Positions 18,696 through 29,012 of a stretch of 64,000 bases of DNA are shown in pieces (the stretch's first letter is position 1; each line of letters opens with the position of its first letter). Origin of the DNA: Clostridiaceae bacterium (GTDB lineage Bacteria; Bacillota; Clostridia; Saccharofermentanales; DTU023); assembly GCA_012838135.1 (NCBI GenBank), contig DUPV01000048.1, positions 13,546 to 77,545 on the forward strand, in the 5' to 3' direction. Position numbers and translations under genes: made by a program. The notes under the pieces were generated by a model. The model made no database searches. It saw only the letters and a program-made list of their open reading frames with translations, and was not told the origin of the DNA.

Positions 18696-18938
18696 TTATC
18701 TGGTCAATAAGTAAAGTACAACAGTCAGAATTGCAAAAAGAGAAGCAAAAATAGCAGTTAATTTTTTTTGCAGTTGCTCTTTGCTTTTAGCTTGTCCTGT
18801 TCCGAAGAAAGTATCCGAACCGCCTTGAATAGAACGCCCCATTCCCTGAGAATTTCCTTCTTGAGAAATTACTAAAACTACTAAAATAATTGCTATAATG
18901 ATATCTATTACCGCTAATATTGTTGTCAAAACGCCCAT
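18696..18938 (-). CDS. secG: Preprotein translocase subunit SecG
   Basis: 80 aa with two TM helices and a central Gly-rich loop (SQGMGRSIQGGSDTFFG). Confidence 0.85.
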   Translation of the reverse strand: MGVLTTILAVIDIIIAIILVVLVISQEGNSQGMGRSIQGGSDTFFGTGQAKSKEQLQKKLTAIFASLFAILTVVLYLLTR

Positions 18939-19185
18939 CGAAAACTCCTATGTTTATTAATATTGCCCTTGGCATTGCTTGTAATAAAAATTTATGGAAC
19001 TGATCCTGATTCATGATTTTTATGTCACATCAAAGTATTATAAGGATAATTTATCATCAATGCAAGACCACGATATAAATCTTATGCGATACAAATGTTA
19101 GCATGTACACTTTCTAAAAGTAATGAAATCGCTTATTCATGCATACGGATAAAGATTCTAATCTTAATAATATAATTAATTAATC

Positions 19186-19566
19186 CTAAAACTTATCAAC
19201 GTTTTTTTGACTCTCAACTAAATTGCAAGCTTCTTCAAGTGTATTTCCGGCTTGAATGGCTGATGCCGCAATAATTGTTCCTTCCACTATCGGAGCATTT
19301 TGCATGATATGTTTATCATTAGGCTCAAATTCCAACGCCATTTCCGTACTCATTACCGCACTTCCAAGATCCATAAAAATCATGACACCGTCGCCTTGAT
19401 CAGCTTCATTTAGTCCGGAATATATTCTTTCGACATCTGTACCGGGACTTCCGTCAGGCAGTCCGCCTACGGATATAATCGGAACTGCAGGAGCTATCAT
19501 TTTAGCCAAATCTTTCACACCGTCTGCCAAACTTTGAACATGAGAGACAAGTAAAATACCTACCAT
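19186..19566 (-). CDS. dhaM: Dihydroxyacetone kinase phosphotransfer subunit DhaM (EIIA-Man-like)
   Basis: Begins MVGILLVSHVQSLADGV. GGAG RBS lies before the ATG at 19566. The longer track ORF overlaps dhaL. Confidence 0.85.
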   Translation of the reverse strand: MVGILLVSHVQSLADGVKDLAKMIAPAVPIISVGGLPDGSPGTDVERIYSGLNEADQGDGVMIFMDLGSAVMSTEMALEFEPNDKHIMQNAPIVEGTIIAASAIQAGNTLEEACNLVESQKNVDKF

Positions 19567-19579
19567 TTTTTGCTCCAAT

Positions 19580-20209
19580 CTATTGAATAACTTCGGCAAT
19601 CGACTGTAATAGGATCAAAGATGAAGCTGCACCGGGATCCATATGACCGATACTCCGCTCACCGATATAACTTGCTCTGCCTTTAGTTGCTTTTATAGTT
19701 TTTGTATATTCAGCACCTGCTGCGCAAGCATCAAGCATTGCTTTAATTGCTTTTTCTGAATTGCTGCCGCCGGCCAAAGCTTCTTCTAAGGCAGTTTTTG
19801 CCGGAATCAATGCATCCAACATGGTTTTTTCATTTTGTTCAGCTTTACCTCGCATTTGAATTCCGCTGATTCCGGCGTCCAAAAGAACAGGCAAATCCTC
19901 AATCACGATTTCATTTTTGCCTTTAAGTACATCGCTTGCTTTCATAAAAGCCGTACCATACAAGGGTCCTGATGCACCACCGACTTTAAAAGCTAAAGTC
20001 ATACCGGTGGTTCTCAAGATTCCTGCCAAATCCTGATTTTTCATTTCGTCCATCTTTTTCATTACTTCCTGAAAACCGCGATCCATATTAATACCATGGT
20101 CACCATCGCCGATTTCACGATCTAAATCAGAAAGATATGATCTGTTTGCGGTAATGTTTTTTTGCATACATTCAATAATGTCTAATAGGGTTTCTTTATT
20201 AACGCTCAT
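19580..20209 (-). CDS. dhaL: Dihydroxyacetone kinase ADP-binding subunit DhaL
   Basis: Contains the DLDREIGDGDHGINM motif. Confidence 0.9.
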   Translation of the reverse strand: MSVNKETLLDIIECMQKNITANRSYLSDLDREIGDGDHGINMDRGFQEVMKKMDEMKNQDLAGILRTTGMTLAFKVGGASGPLYGTAFMKASDVLKGKNEIVIEDLPVLLDAGISGIQMRGKAEQNEKTMLDALIPAKTALEEALAGGSNSEKAIKAMLDACAAGAEYTKTIKATKGRASYIGERSIGHMDPGAASSLILLQSIAEVIQ

Positions 20210-20305
20210 GTTACTTTTCCTTAAGATAATTAGTTGATAGCTATCTGCCGGCAGTTAAAAAACTTACCAGCCGATAAAAATATAATTTGCTGATAATTTT
20301 GAAAA

Positions 20306-21298
20306 CTAAATTACTGTGATAGCGGGAGTGTCTGCTTTTGCATCCAGCAAATCTTTCATTTCAGCATCTAATTTGAGTAAGCTGATAGAGAAGCCTTCCA
20401 TCTCAATTGAAGTCATATATTCACCGACAAAACTCTTATAAATCTTAACGTCTTTTGCTTGCAGTACGTCTGCAACGTGATTCATAATAATATATAGCTC
20501 CATTAAAGGAGTTCCACCCGAACCGTTAATCATTACAGCAACTTCATTTCCGGCATAATCCAAATCCGCTAAGATTTTTTCTAATAAATGCTCAACAATT
20601 TCATTAACCGGTGTGATTGTTTCACGATGTGTACCCGGTTCACCGTGGATCCCGATACCTATTTCTATCTCATCTTCAGCCAGTTCAAACCCCGGTTTAC
20701 CGTTTGCCGGCACTGTACATGGAGTAATGGCAACACCCATGGATCGCACTTGATCACATACTTTTTGGGCTGTTGCCTGAACCTCATCAAGTGAAGCACC
20801 GGTTTCGGCTTTAGCGCCTGCAATTTTATGTACAAAAATCGTTCCGGCAATACCGCGCCTGCCGACAGTCCAAGTACTGTCTTCAACAGCAACATCATCT
20901 TCAACAATAACTTGTTTAACTTTAATACCTTCGCTCTGAGCCATGTCACTTGCCATTTCGAAGTTCATAACGTCACCGGTATAGTTTTTAATTACTAAAA
21001 GAACGCCCTCATCTGTGGCAACTTCTTTGATAGCTTCATATACTGCATCAGGAGTGGGGGAGGTAAATACTGCACCCGGTACCGCCGCATCGAGCATGCC
21101 GTATCCGACAAATCCTGCATGTGCCGGTTCGTGACCGCTGCCGCCGCCACTGACGATTGCTACTTTGCCTTTTTTTGCATCTTTACGGACTAAAACGTTG
21201 CTATAATCAAGTTTTTTGAGATATTGAGGATATGCTTTTACGAGACCGGCTATCATTTCGTTTTCGACATTTTCTACATCATTGATAAATTTTTTCAT
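20306..21298 (-). CDS. dhaK: Dihydroxyacetone kinase substrate-binding subunit DhaK
   Basis: Contains SGGGSGHEPAHAGFVG and IGIHGEPG. AGGAGG RBS. Confidence 0.95.
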   Translation of the reverse strand: MKKFINDVENVENEMIAGLVKAYPQYLKKLDYSNVLVRKDAKKGKVAIVSGGGSGHEPAHAGFVGYGMLDAAVPGAVFTSPTPDAVYEAIKEVATDEGVLLVIKNYTGDVMNFEMASDMAQSEGIKVKQVIVEDDVAVEDSTWTVGRRGIAGTIFVHKIAGAKAETGASLDEVQATAQKVCDQVRSMGVAITPCTVPANGKPGFELAEDEIEIGIGIHGEPGTHRETITPVNEIVEHLLEKILADLDYAGNEVAVMINGSGGTPLMELYIIMNHVADVLQAKDVKIYKSFVGEYMTSIEMEGFSISLLKLDAEMKDLLDAKADTPAITVI

Positions 21299-21966
21299 TG
21301 CGTGCCTCCTGCAATTTTACAATTTTTTATGTTTTAATTAGTTATGTTTTATGTTTGATAAAACACTGTCACTGTTAAAGATTCAATCTCGAAAAAGATA
21401 ATTTCGAAAAACGGATTGTCACTTTTGTATGATCAATATACCTGAAACAATTTCATTTGGTCTGGAATAATCCTTAATACTTCGAACATAATTTAATCAT
21501 GAAAAAAGTTTTGCCGACTGTTAAAAAAAATAAAATATTACTTTTGTTAGTATACCATAATTCAATAAAATATTAGTTTTTAACATGGAATTTCAGCTGA
21601 ATATCCAACTGCTTTTTATACGATTATAATGCTTTTTTATTGACTTGTTAGCTGCAATAAGTAAACGGAACACAAGCTCTTACCGGTATTCTACAGACAA
21701 TGACGAGTGAAGGGAGAACCAAATGATACAAATAATTTAATGTAAAATGCAGTTATCTTGTTTAACATTATTTCAATATGATTTAGCAAGATTGATATTT
21801 TATCGTTATTTATGCTTTATTCCCAAATAGTTTTAGTGAAATATAAATATAATATTTATATTAGCAAAAATCTCCGTAAAGGTTTATGAAAAAACAAATT
21901 CTTGTTAAAATTACATTATAATGATAATTCATTATGACAAGAATATCTAAATTCTAGGAGGATATT

Positions 21967-22707
21967 ATGACAAAAGTTGCAATTGTAACAGGTGGTTCGA
22001 GAGGACTAGGCAGAGCAATGGTTCTTCGTCTCGGTGAAATAGGTTATAACGTTGTTATGAACTATGTCAGCGATACGAGCAAAAAGGAATGTGAAAAGAA
22101 TTTGGCAGATTTGCGCGAAATGGGCGTAGATGGTTTGTATGTACAAGCAGATGCATCTGATTATGATCAATGTAAAAAAGTTGTAGATGCAGCCATTGAA
22201 AAATTTGGCAATAAAATTGATGTGTTGGTAAACAATGCAGGTGTTTCCAATAATGCTCCTTTCTATCAACAAGATCATAGCGATTATGAATGGTTAATCG
22301 GTGTTAACTTATTCTCTATGATGCATATGACAAGATTGGTTTTACCTTATATGGTAGAGGCAGAAGAAGGCAATATTATTAATATCTCCTCTATTGGTGG
22401 TTTAATGGGTGTGATCAATCAAGCAGACTATTGTGCATCTAAATCAGCTGCTATCGGATTTACGCGTGCTTTAGCTTTAGAATATGCTGGTAAAAACATC
22501 CGTGTGAATGCAATTTGCCCGGGCATGATTGATACAGATATTTTAAAAGGCGTGAATCAAGATGAATTAAAAGCATTAGCTGCAACAGTACCTCTAGGAA
22601 AAATTGGTGATCCAAAATGTGTTGCTGACGCAATGGAATATTTAATAATCAATGATTATACAACAGGTACATATTTAACACCTAATGGTGGTATTCATAT
22701 GCCATAA
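21967..22707 (+). CDS. Short-chain dehydrogenase/reductase (FabG-like 3-oxoacyl reductase)
   Basis: Contains TGGSRGLGRAM (TGxxxGxG), NNAG and YCASK (YxxxK). Confidence 0.85.
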   Translation: MTKVAIVTGGSRGLGRAMVLRLGEIGYNVVMNYVSDTSKKECEKNLADLREMGVDGLYVQADASDYDQCKKVVDAAIEKFGNKIDVLVNNAGVSNNAPFYQQDHSDYEWLIGVNLFSMMHMTRLVLPYMVEAEEGNIINISSIGGLMGVINQADYCASKSAAIGFTRALALEYAGKNIRVNAICPGMIDTDILKGVNQDELKALAATVPLGKIGDPKCVADAMEYLIINDYTTGTYLTPNGGIHMP

Positions 22708-22732
22708 TTCCTATTGTTGAATTATATATTTA

Positions 22733-22787
22733 AAAGAGATTAACTTAAATAGTGGAATGTATTCGATTAAAGTTAATCTCTTTTTTA
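22733..22787 (+). terminator. Intrinsic terminator after the SDR gene
   Basis: Perfect 13-bp stem AAAGAGATTAACT / AGTTAATCTCTTT followed by TTT. Confidence 0.6.
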
Positions 22788-22978
22788 ATTTTGAAAATAT
22801 AAATTGCTGCCGATGAATTCTGATATTTATTGGTTGTCAATAATCATAAACTTACATTCAGATCAACTAAAGTCTATGTAAATACCCTGTAAAAACAAGT
22901 TTATATCAAATTTTCTTTAGACTGGAACTTAACTTTGCACTCTAGATAAATTAATGATTAGATTATTTGTGAAATAAT

Positions 22979-23007
22979 TTGACAATAAGAATTCACTTTG
23001 ATAATAT
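22979..23007 (+). promoter_or_regulatory. Sigma-A-type promoter of the tRNA operon
   Basis: TTGACA, 17-nt spacer, TGaTAATAT (extended -10), about 30 nt upstream of tRNA-Asp. Confidence 0.65.
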
Positions 23008-23036
23008 GTTCAAGCATTCAAAATGAATGATGACTT

Positions 23037-23113
23037 GGCGCAGTAGTTCAGTTGGTTAGAATGCCAGCCTGTCACGCTGGAGGTCGAGGGTTCGAGCCCC
23101 TTCTGCGTCGCCA
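23037..23113 (+). tRNA. tRNA-Asp (GTC), encoded CCA
   Basis: Acceptor GGCGCAG/CTGCGTC, anticodon loop CTGTCAC, T-loop GGTTCGAGCCC. Confidence 0.9.
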
Positions 23114-23155
23114 TCAAGCCGGTCATTTGTAATGAGTGACCGGTTTGCACTTTAA

Positions 23156-23231
23156 GCCTGGTTAGCTCAGTCGGTAGAGCAGGGGACTGAAAATCCCCGT
23201 GTCGTTGGTTCGATTCCGACACCAGGCACCA
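23156..23231 (+). tRNA. tRNA-Phe (GAA), encoded CCA
   Basis: GCCTGGTTAGCTCAGTCGGTAGAGC..., anticodon loop CTGAAAA, T-loop GGTTCGATTCC. Confidence 0.9.
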
Positions 23232-23237
23232 TTATAT

Positions 23238-23313
23238 GGGAGTTTAGCTCAGCTGGGAGAGCATCTGCCTTACAAGCAGGGGGTCACAGGTTCAAGTCCT
23301 GTAACTCCCACCA
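23238..23313 (+). tRNA. tRNA-Val (TAC), encoded CCA
   Basis: GGGAGTTTAGCTCAGCTGGGAGAGC..., anticodon loop CTTACAA, T-loop GGTTCAAGTCC. Confidence 0.9.
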
Positions 23314-23318
23314 ATACT

Positions 23319-23359
23319 AAAACCCTTGATACAATAGTGTTTCAAGGGTTTTTGTTTTT
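23319..23359 (+). terminator. Intrinsic terminator of the tRNA operon
   Basis: AAAACCCTTGA / TCAAGGGTTTT stem followed by TGTTTTT. Confidence 0.8.
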
Positions 23360-23484
23360 CAAAACAAGTATTCATTTAATACTTTTATGGTGAATTGCAG
23401 TGATCTGCTGCAGTCGCTGTACCTGTGATGGGAGCGAGATCTGCCTATCAAATAGCTACACTGTTTGCGCATGACTTTGCTAAA

Positions 23485-24540
23485 TTAATATATACCTAAT
23501 TCATCTGCCGGTGAATTATGGATTCCGTGTGGGATTAGTGGAACTTCATAAATCTCATACAATTCAGAAACCGTGACAAAACGATAATTTTGTTCGTATA
23601 AAATAGGTAAACTTTGTTTCAAAGCTTCAAGTGTTTCGGGAAATAAAGAATGCATGAGGATTACCGATCCGGGTCTGGTATTTTCTATGGAATTGCTGAT
23701 TAAATTCGCATTTCGCAAACGCCAGTCTTCAGTATCATGATTCCAAATAATATGAGGGTATGGCAAAGCTTCCAGAACGGAATCATTATAGGCACCATAT
23801 GGTGGACGGATCATAGTAGGAGTAATACCCGTATACTCCTTAATTTTTTCATTTGTCAAATTAATTTCTGCAAGTAATGCTTCATGCGATAATGTTGTTA
23901 AATCCGGATGATTGAATGAATGATTAGCGATTTCAGAACCTTGTTCTGCGATTGCCTTTACAGTATCCTGATAATAATCTATTCGACTTCCAACCAGGAA
24001 AAATGTGGCATGAGCATTATATTCATTTAACAAATCTAAAATTTCCAAATCAACTTCATCGTATGGACCGTCGTCAAAAGTCAGAGCAATATAATTATAG
24101 TCGGCTAGAGAATATATAGATTTCTCTGAAGTTGAAGGTTCGGTAGTTTCACCTTCAGAATCCGAAGTATCGGAATCTTCAGAATCTGAATCAGATTCTG
24201 AGATCGTTTTTTCAGCTTTTTCAGTTTTTTTGTTTTTTTCATGATTAATACTTGATAAATCTATAGTCGAGTGCACGGTATTGTCATCCAGATTATTGTT
24301 TTGCTGTTGACCGTTTGAGGAATCTTGTTCATCTGTCGGATCAATTTTACCTTGTTGCCCGGTCTGATTTAAATTGTTTTCGGATATTGAATCGGAAGTA
24401 TCTTGTGTGACAAATTCGGCTGTATTCTTTGTTTTTTGTGAATTTAACAGAAACAAGATAATGACTGCGCTAACTAGCAGTCCGCTAAATACAAAAGCTA
24501 AAATTTTCGGAATGTTTCTTTTTTGATTTTCTTTATCCAT
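23485..24540 (-). CDS. Membrane-anchored polysaccharide deacetylase (NodB domain, PgdA-like)
   Basis: N-terminal TM helix and acidic Ser/Asp linker, then TFDDGPY, HSFNHPDL and RPPYGAYN. Confidence 0.88.
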   Translation of the reverse strand: MDKENQKRNIPKILAFVFSGLLVSAVIILFLLNSQKTKNTAEFVTQDTSDSISENNLNQTGQQGKIDPTDEQDSSNGQQQNNNLDDNTVHSTIDLSSINHEKNKKTEKAEKTISESDSDSEDSDTSDSEGETTEPSTSEKSIYSLADYNYIALTFDDGPYDEVDLEILDLLNEYNAHATFFLVGSRIDYYQDTVKAIAEQGSEIANHSFNHPDLTTLSHEALLAEINLTNEKIKEYTGITPTMIRPPYGAYNDSVLEALPYPHIIWNHDTEDWRLRNANLISNSIENTRPGSVILMHSLFPETLEALKQSLPILYEQNYRFVTVSELYEIYEVPLIPHGIHNSPADELGIY

Positions 24541-24887
24541 AGTACCTTATTAATATTCTTGATTCATAGTTTGAGTTTATTTAATAATATCATAATATCT
24601 ATATGTTAAAATAAAAAAACTTAACTGTTAAGGGCAAAAATAAATAAATAATAAAATGTAAGCAAATCTTAAAATTTAAGTATAGAAAAAGTGGAAAACC
24701 AACAAATTTATAAAAATTAATTGCTTTAAAAGTAAGAAACAATAAATCTATAACAACTACTTATTTATAATGATCTGGGAAACACATAATAACAAACATA
24801 ATTATTAGTTAAATAAACTAATTAAATTACGGGCATAATCTTAATTGTTTTTACTAATTTGTGAATTGTTTGGTCAAGGAGGAATAA

Positions 24888-26813
24888 ATGAACGCATTAG
24901 TGGGTGTATTACGCCAAAACGGCAAGCATGGAATTGTTGAATTGGATCGTAAAAATGATGAACTAGGTGCGCGAATAAATATACCTCGAAAATTTCTTAA
25001 TGGTGCCCCGTTCAATATGAAAGTAGTTTGCGATTATAAGGGTACGGATTCCGGCGGTGAACCTTGGGGTTCGGTGATTGAAGTTTTGGGGGAAGAAGGA
25101 AATCCGGATACTGCAATTTTGGGGATAATCAAGTATTATAATTTACCTTTGGAATTTCCTTCCGGAGTTCTTGAACAAGCAAAATCTTTCGGCAATAGTA
25201 TATCGGAACAGGAGATTGCCGAAGAAATTAATCAAGGCAGAGTAGATCTGCGTGATTTGCGGACACTTACGATTGACGGAGAGGATGCAAAAGATTTAGA
25301 TGATGCAATTGATATAAAAAAGCTGGAAAATGGAAATTATTTGCTTTATGTCCATATAGCTGACGTGTCGCATTATATTAAAGACAAATCTGAATTGGAT
25401 CAGGAAGCTTTCAAAAGAGGTAATAGTGTATATTTGGTTGACCGGGTAATCCCGATGTATCCGCCACAATTGTCTAATGGAATTTGCAGTTTGAATCCGG
25501 ATCAGGATCGTTTTGCTTTCACGGCGGAAATGGAGATTAATCATCAGGGAAAAGTTGTTAAAGGCAAACTTTATCCTTCAGTTATTTGCAGTAAAGTCAG
25601 AACTTCGTACAATGAAACTCAGTCGATTCTGAATGGCGAAGAGGTCGGTGAGGATCGACCGGATTGGCTCAGAAATCAATTGTTTTTGATGAAGGAATTG
25701 ACCGATATTTTGCAAACAATGCGCAGAAGACGTGGGGCTTTGGAATTTGAATTTCCTGAAATAAAAGTTGATTTGGATAATTCCGGTAATCCAACCAACA
25801 TTTATCCGGAACCGGATCTTTATTCTAATCATATAATTGAATCTTTTATGATTGCAGCAAATGAATATGTTGGAGATTTAGCACAAAAACATAAAATTCC
25901 GATAATTTATCGAGTGCATGAGCTACCTGACTCTGAAAAGTTGAATGTTTTTGCTGCTTTAGCAAAACGGTTTAATATCAGATTGCAAATTGATTATGAT
26001 AACCCGGAACCAAAAGAACTGGCAAAAGCACTTGAAGAAATGAAAGATCAGCCGTATGGCTTAACTCTTTCTACAATGTTGTTGCGCTCACTGGCAAAAG
26101 CCCGCTATTGTGAGAAAAACTTGGGCCATTTCGGTTTAGCTTCAGAGAATTATTGTCATTTTACGGCACCGATCAGAAGATATTCGGATACTTTTACCCA
26201 CCGTAGTCTGAAACGCTGGTTAGATGGACAAAATAAAGCAGGTAAAGAGTCTTTAAAACGTGCTGGTCAAATAAGCGACCATGTTTCAGATACGGAAAGA
26301 ATAGCGATTGATGCGGAACGCGATACAGTTGATCAAAAAGCGGCTGAATATTATGCTGACAGAATCGGTGAAGTATTTGACGGAAAAATTTCCGGATTTG
26401 CACCGGCGAGTATGTTTGTACAATTGGAATCGCTGGTTGAGGGTGCAGTTTTTTTTAGAAATCTAAACGGATATTATGAATATGACCCGGAGCAATTCAT
26501 TGCTATAAACCGAGATACCGGTGAAGTTTTATCCTTAGGCCAAAAAGTGAAAGTCCAAATTGCAGCAGTTGATACGAATCGCCGTTTTATTGATTTTAAT
26601 TTATTGGAACATGATACTGCCAGTTCAAATAATATGAAATATATAAATTCCAAAGGCAATCGACATTATAAACTCAATAAAAATGCTGCAAAATCGTATG
26701 TCAGAACGAAAAAGGTCAAATCATCCGTAAAAAGCAATGAAAATGAATATAATCCTTATTCAGGGAAAAAGCGCTCAAAAGTAAAAAAAAGACGTAAAGG
26801 CAGAAGGAGATAA
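24888..26813 (+). CDS. rnr: Ribonuclease R (RNB family 3'-5' exoribonuclease)
   Basis: Contains TIDGEDAKDLDDAI, FTAPIRRYSD, a C-terminal S1-like domain and a Lys/Arg-rich tail. Confidence 0.92.
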   Translation: MNALVGVLRQNGKHGIVELDRKNDELGARINIPRKFLNGAPFNMKVVCDYKGTDSGGEPWGSVIEVLGEEGNPDTAILGIIKYYNLPLEFPSGVLEQAKSFGNSISEQEIAEEINQGRVDLRDLRTLTIDGEDAKDLDDAIDIKKLENGNYLLYVHIADVSHYIKDKSELDQEAFKRGNSVYLVDRVIPMYPPQLSNGICSLNPDQDRFAFTAEMEINHQGKVVKGKLYPSVICSKVRTSYNETQSILNGEEVGEDRPDWLRNQLFLMKELTDILQTMRRRRGALEFEFPEIKVDLDNSGNPTNIYPEPDLYSNHIIESFMIAANEYVGDLAQKHKIPIIYRVHELPDSEKLNVFAALAKRFNIRLQIDYDNPEPKELAKALEEMKDQPYGLTLSTMLLRSLAKARYCEKNLGHFGLASENYCHFTAPIRRYSDTFTHRSLKRWLDGQNKAGKESLKRAGQISDHVSDTERIAIDAERDTVDQKAAEYYADRIGEVFDGKISGFAPASMFVQLESLVEGAVFFRNLNGYYEYDPEQFIAINRDTGEVLSLGQKVKVQIAAVDTNRRFIDFNLLEHDTASSNNMKYINSKGNRHYKLNKNAAKSYVRTKKVKSSVKSNENEYNPYSGKKRSKVKKRRKGRRR

Positions 26814-26814
26814 T

Positions 26815-28185
26815 TTGCCTAAATTATATATACATAGCTTAGGTTGTAAAACGAATCATTATGAAATTCAAGCACTGGTTCAACAATTATCAGAGCATAA
26901 TTTTGAATTAGTTGAAAAAATGCAAGATGCCGATGTCGGAATTTTGAATACTTGTACGGTAACTGCTGAAGCAGGTCGAAAATCCAGACAATTTCTCCGC
27001 AGAATGAAAAAGCAAAATCCGAGAGCTTTGATTGTTGCAATGGGTTGTTATTCACAATTATACGATATTACAAAAGATTGCGACATTGCGGTCGGAACAA
27101 GCCGGAGAAATTCAATTGTTGATCTGATTTTAAATAAATTACCAATTCTTAATCGAGAGCAAATTGAACCAACGTCTTTTCACAGAAATAACAATGAAAT
27201 GGAAACAATTCCTGTTCAAAGACAATCTGAGCAAATGCTTTTGGGTAAAAATAGTATTGAAACCGAATATGAAGAATTGGGTATTATTTCTCAACAGTCA
27301 GATACCAGAGCCCTGCTTAAAATTCAGGATGGCTGTAATGAATTCTGTACTTATTGTGCAATTCCTTTAGCAAGGGGTCGAATTCGAAGCAGATCCAGAA
27401 GTAACATTTTAAAAGAAGCGGAAAGATTGGTTGAAAGCGGTCATAAAGAAATTGTTTTAACAGGTATCCATATTTGTTCATTTGAAAGAGAATTAGGTCG
27501 TAGTAGCAATGCTTTGGCTGAACTTTGTCTTGAATTAAACAGTGTAGCAGGCTTATCTAGAATCAGGTTAGGTTCATTAGAACCTTTGTCAATTACACAA
27601 TCATTTCTAGATATTTTGCGACAAGCAGATAAGGTTTGCCCACACTTTCATCTTTCGTTACAATCCGGAAGTGACAGTGTGTTAAAAAGAATGCATAGAA
27701 AATATAATTCCGAGCAATATTCGGCAAGAGTTCAACTTTTGCGTGAAATCTATCCTGATCCTGCGATTACAACGGATATCATGGTGGGGTTTCCGGGAGA
27801 AACGGATACAGAATTTGAACAGAGTTTGGCATTTGTCAAAAAAATAAATTTCAGTAGAATTCATGTATTTCCTTATTCGCTTAGACCGGATACTTTGGCT
27901 GCTAAAATGGAACAAGTTCCGCAAGATATTGTTAAACATAGAGTACAATCTATGTTGGAAGCCGGTGATATTTTAGCAGCAGAATATGCTGAAAAATTCA
28001 TGAATAAAACAGTTGAAGTATTGCTTGAAGATGAGACCGAAATTGAAGCCAAAGTATTTATCAGAGGATATACACAACATTATGTACGTACTCTAATTCC
28101 AAAAAGCCAGGGCAAAACCGGAGAAATTAAAAATGTTTTAATATTAGATACGCAAAATGATGAATTAATTGGTAGAATTGTATGA
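26815..28185 (+). CDS. mtaB: Radical-SAM methylthiotransferase, MtaB/MiaB-like
   Basis: N-terminal LGCKTNHYE, the radical-SAM cluster CNEFCTYCAIP and a C-terminal TRAM-like region. Confidence 0.85.
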   Translation: MPKLYIHSLGCKTNHYEIQALVQQLSEHNFELVEKMQDADVGILNTCTVTAEAGRKSRQFLRRMKKQNPRALIVAMGCYSQLYDITKDCDIAVGTSRRNSIVDLILNKLPILNREQIEPTSFHRNNNEMETIPVQRQSEQMLLGKNSIETEYEELGIISQQSDTRALLKIQDGCNEFCTYCAIPLARGRIRSRSRSNILKEAERLVESGHKEIVLTGIHICSFERELGRSSNALAELCLELNSVAGLSRIRLGSLEPLSITQSFLDILRQADKVCPHFHLSLQSGSDSVLKRMHRKYNSEQYSARVQLLREIYPDPAITTDIMVGFPGETDTEFEQSLAFVKKINFSRIHVFPYSLRPDTLAAKMEQVPQDIVKHRVQSMLEAGDILAAEYAEKFMNKTVEVLLEDETEIEAKVFIRGYTQHYVRTLIPKSQGKTGEIKNVLILDTQNDELIGRIV

Positions 28186-28239
28186 TATTATAATATTTAT
28201 ATGTAGATAGGATAAGTAGAAAAGAAAAGAGGTAATGCA

Positions 28240-28503
28240 ATGGCTAATCAAGAAACTGCAAAATTTGTAACCGGTATAAATCGTAAAGCGGAAGCTGCCG
28301 ATATTATGACACAAGTTATGGCAGCATTAAAAGAAAAAGGGTATAATCCCAAGAATCAATTGGTAGGCTACTTTATCTCCGGTGACCCTACATATATTAC
28401 TAATCATCAAGGAGCAAGAGCAATCATCAGTAAAATGGAGCGTGACGAACTACTGGAGGTTATTTTGACAGATTATTTAGATAACCTTGAACGACAATCA
28501 TAA
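28240..28503 (+). CDS. ireB: IreB-family regulatory phosphoprotein (UPF0297/DUF965)
   Basis: 87 aa containing [30 protein letters not shown]. Sits in the canonical position upstream of ruvX. Confidence 0.85.
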   Translation: MANQETAKFVTGINRKAEAADIMTQVMAALKEKGYNPKNQLVGYFISGDPTYITNHQGARAIISKMERDELLEVILTDYLDNLERQS

Positions 28504-28512
28504 TAGCTAACG

Positions 28513-28962
28513 GTGATTGTGATGCAGAGATATCTTGCGATTGATTATGGGACTGTACAAGTAGGTTTGGCAATGAGTGATCCTTTAGGTTTAATAGCTA
28601 CAGGATTTAAAACTCTTAATCATAAAGCAAAAACAATGGATGAAATTGCTTTTGAAATTGCTGAAATAGTCAAGGACCATGACATTACCGATTTAATCCT
28701 GGGGTTACCGAAACGTACCGATGGTATAGTTGGAGAAAAAGAGCAATTAACCAGAGAATTTGCTGAAATACTTGAGAAGGTGACAGGATTAAAGCCGATT
28801 CTATATGATGAGCGATACACTACGGTAATCGCACATCAGTTTATGAACCAAACAGGTGTTAACCCTAAACGTAAAAAAGCGATTATCGATCAGGTTGCCG
28901 CTGAAATTCTTTTGCAAAATTATTTAGAAAAACATTCTAAAAACATTTTTGATAACATTTGA
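28513..28962 (+). CDS. ruvX: Putative pre-16S rRNA nuclease / Holliday junction resolvase-like RuvX (YqgF)
   Basis: Contains LAIDYGTVQVGLAMSD and YDERYTT. The start could instead be the ATG at 28522. Confidence 0.88.
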   Translation: MIVMQRYLAIDYGTVQVGLAMSDPLGLIATGFKTLNHKAKTMDEIAFEIAEIVKDHDITDLILGLPKRTDGIVGEKEQLTREFAEILEKVTGLKPILYDERYTTVIAHQFMNQTGVNPKRKKAIIDQVAAEILLQNYLEKHSKNIFDNI

Positions 28963-29012
28963 AATGTCAGGTGTTTTCATAAGTAAAATAATTTAAACAA
29001 ATTGGAGGATTT

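Noticed and set aside
20210-20305. CTGCCGGCAG palindrome between dhaK and dhaL
   Set aside because: It is a short 10-bp palindrome in a 96-nt intra-operon spacer. That is insufficient to call a terminator or operator.
23010-23393. Two track ORFs (70 aa on the minus strand, 64 aa on the plus strand) in the tRNA cluster
   Set aside because: Both are translations of the tRNA-Asp/Phe/Val genes themselves.
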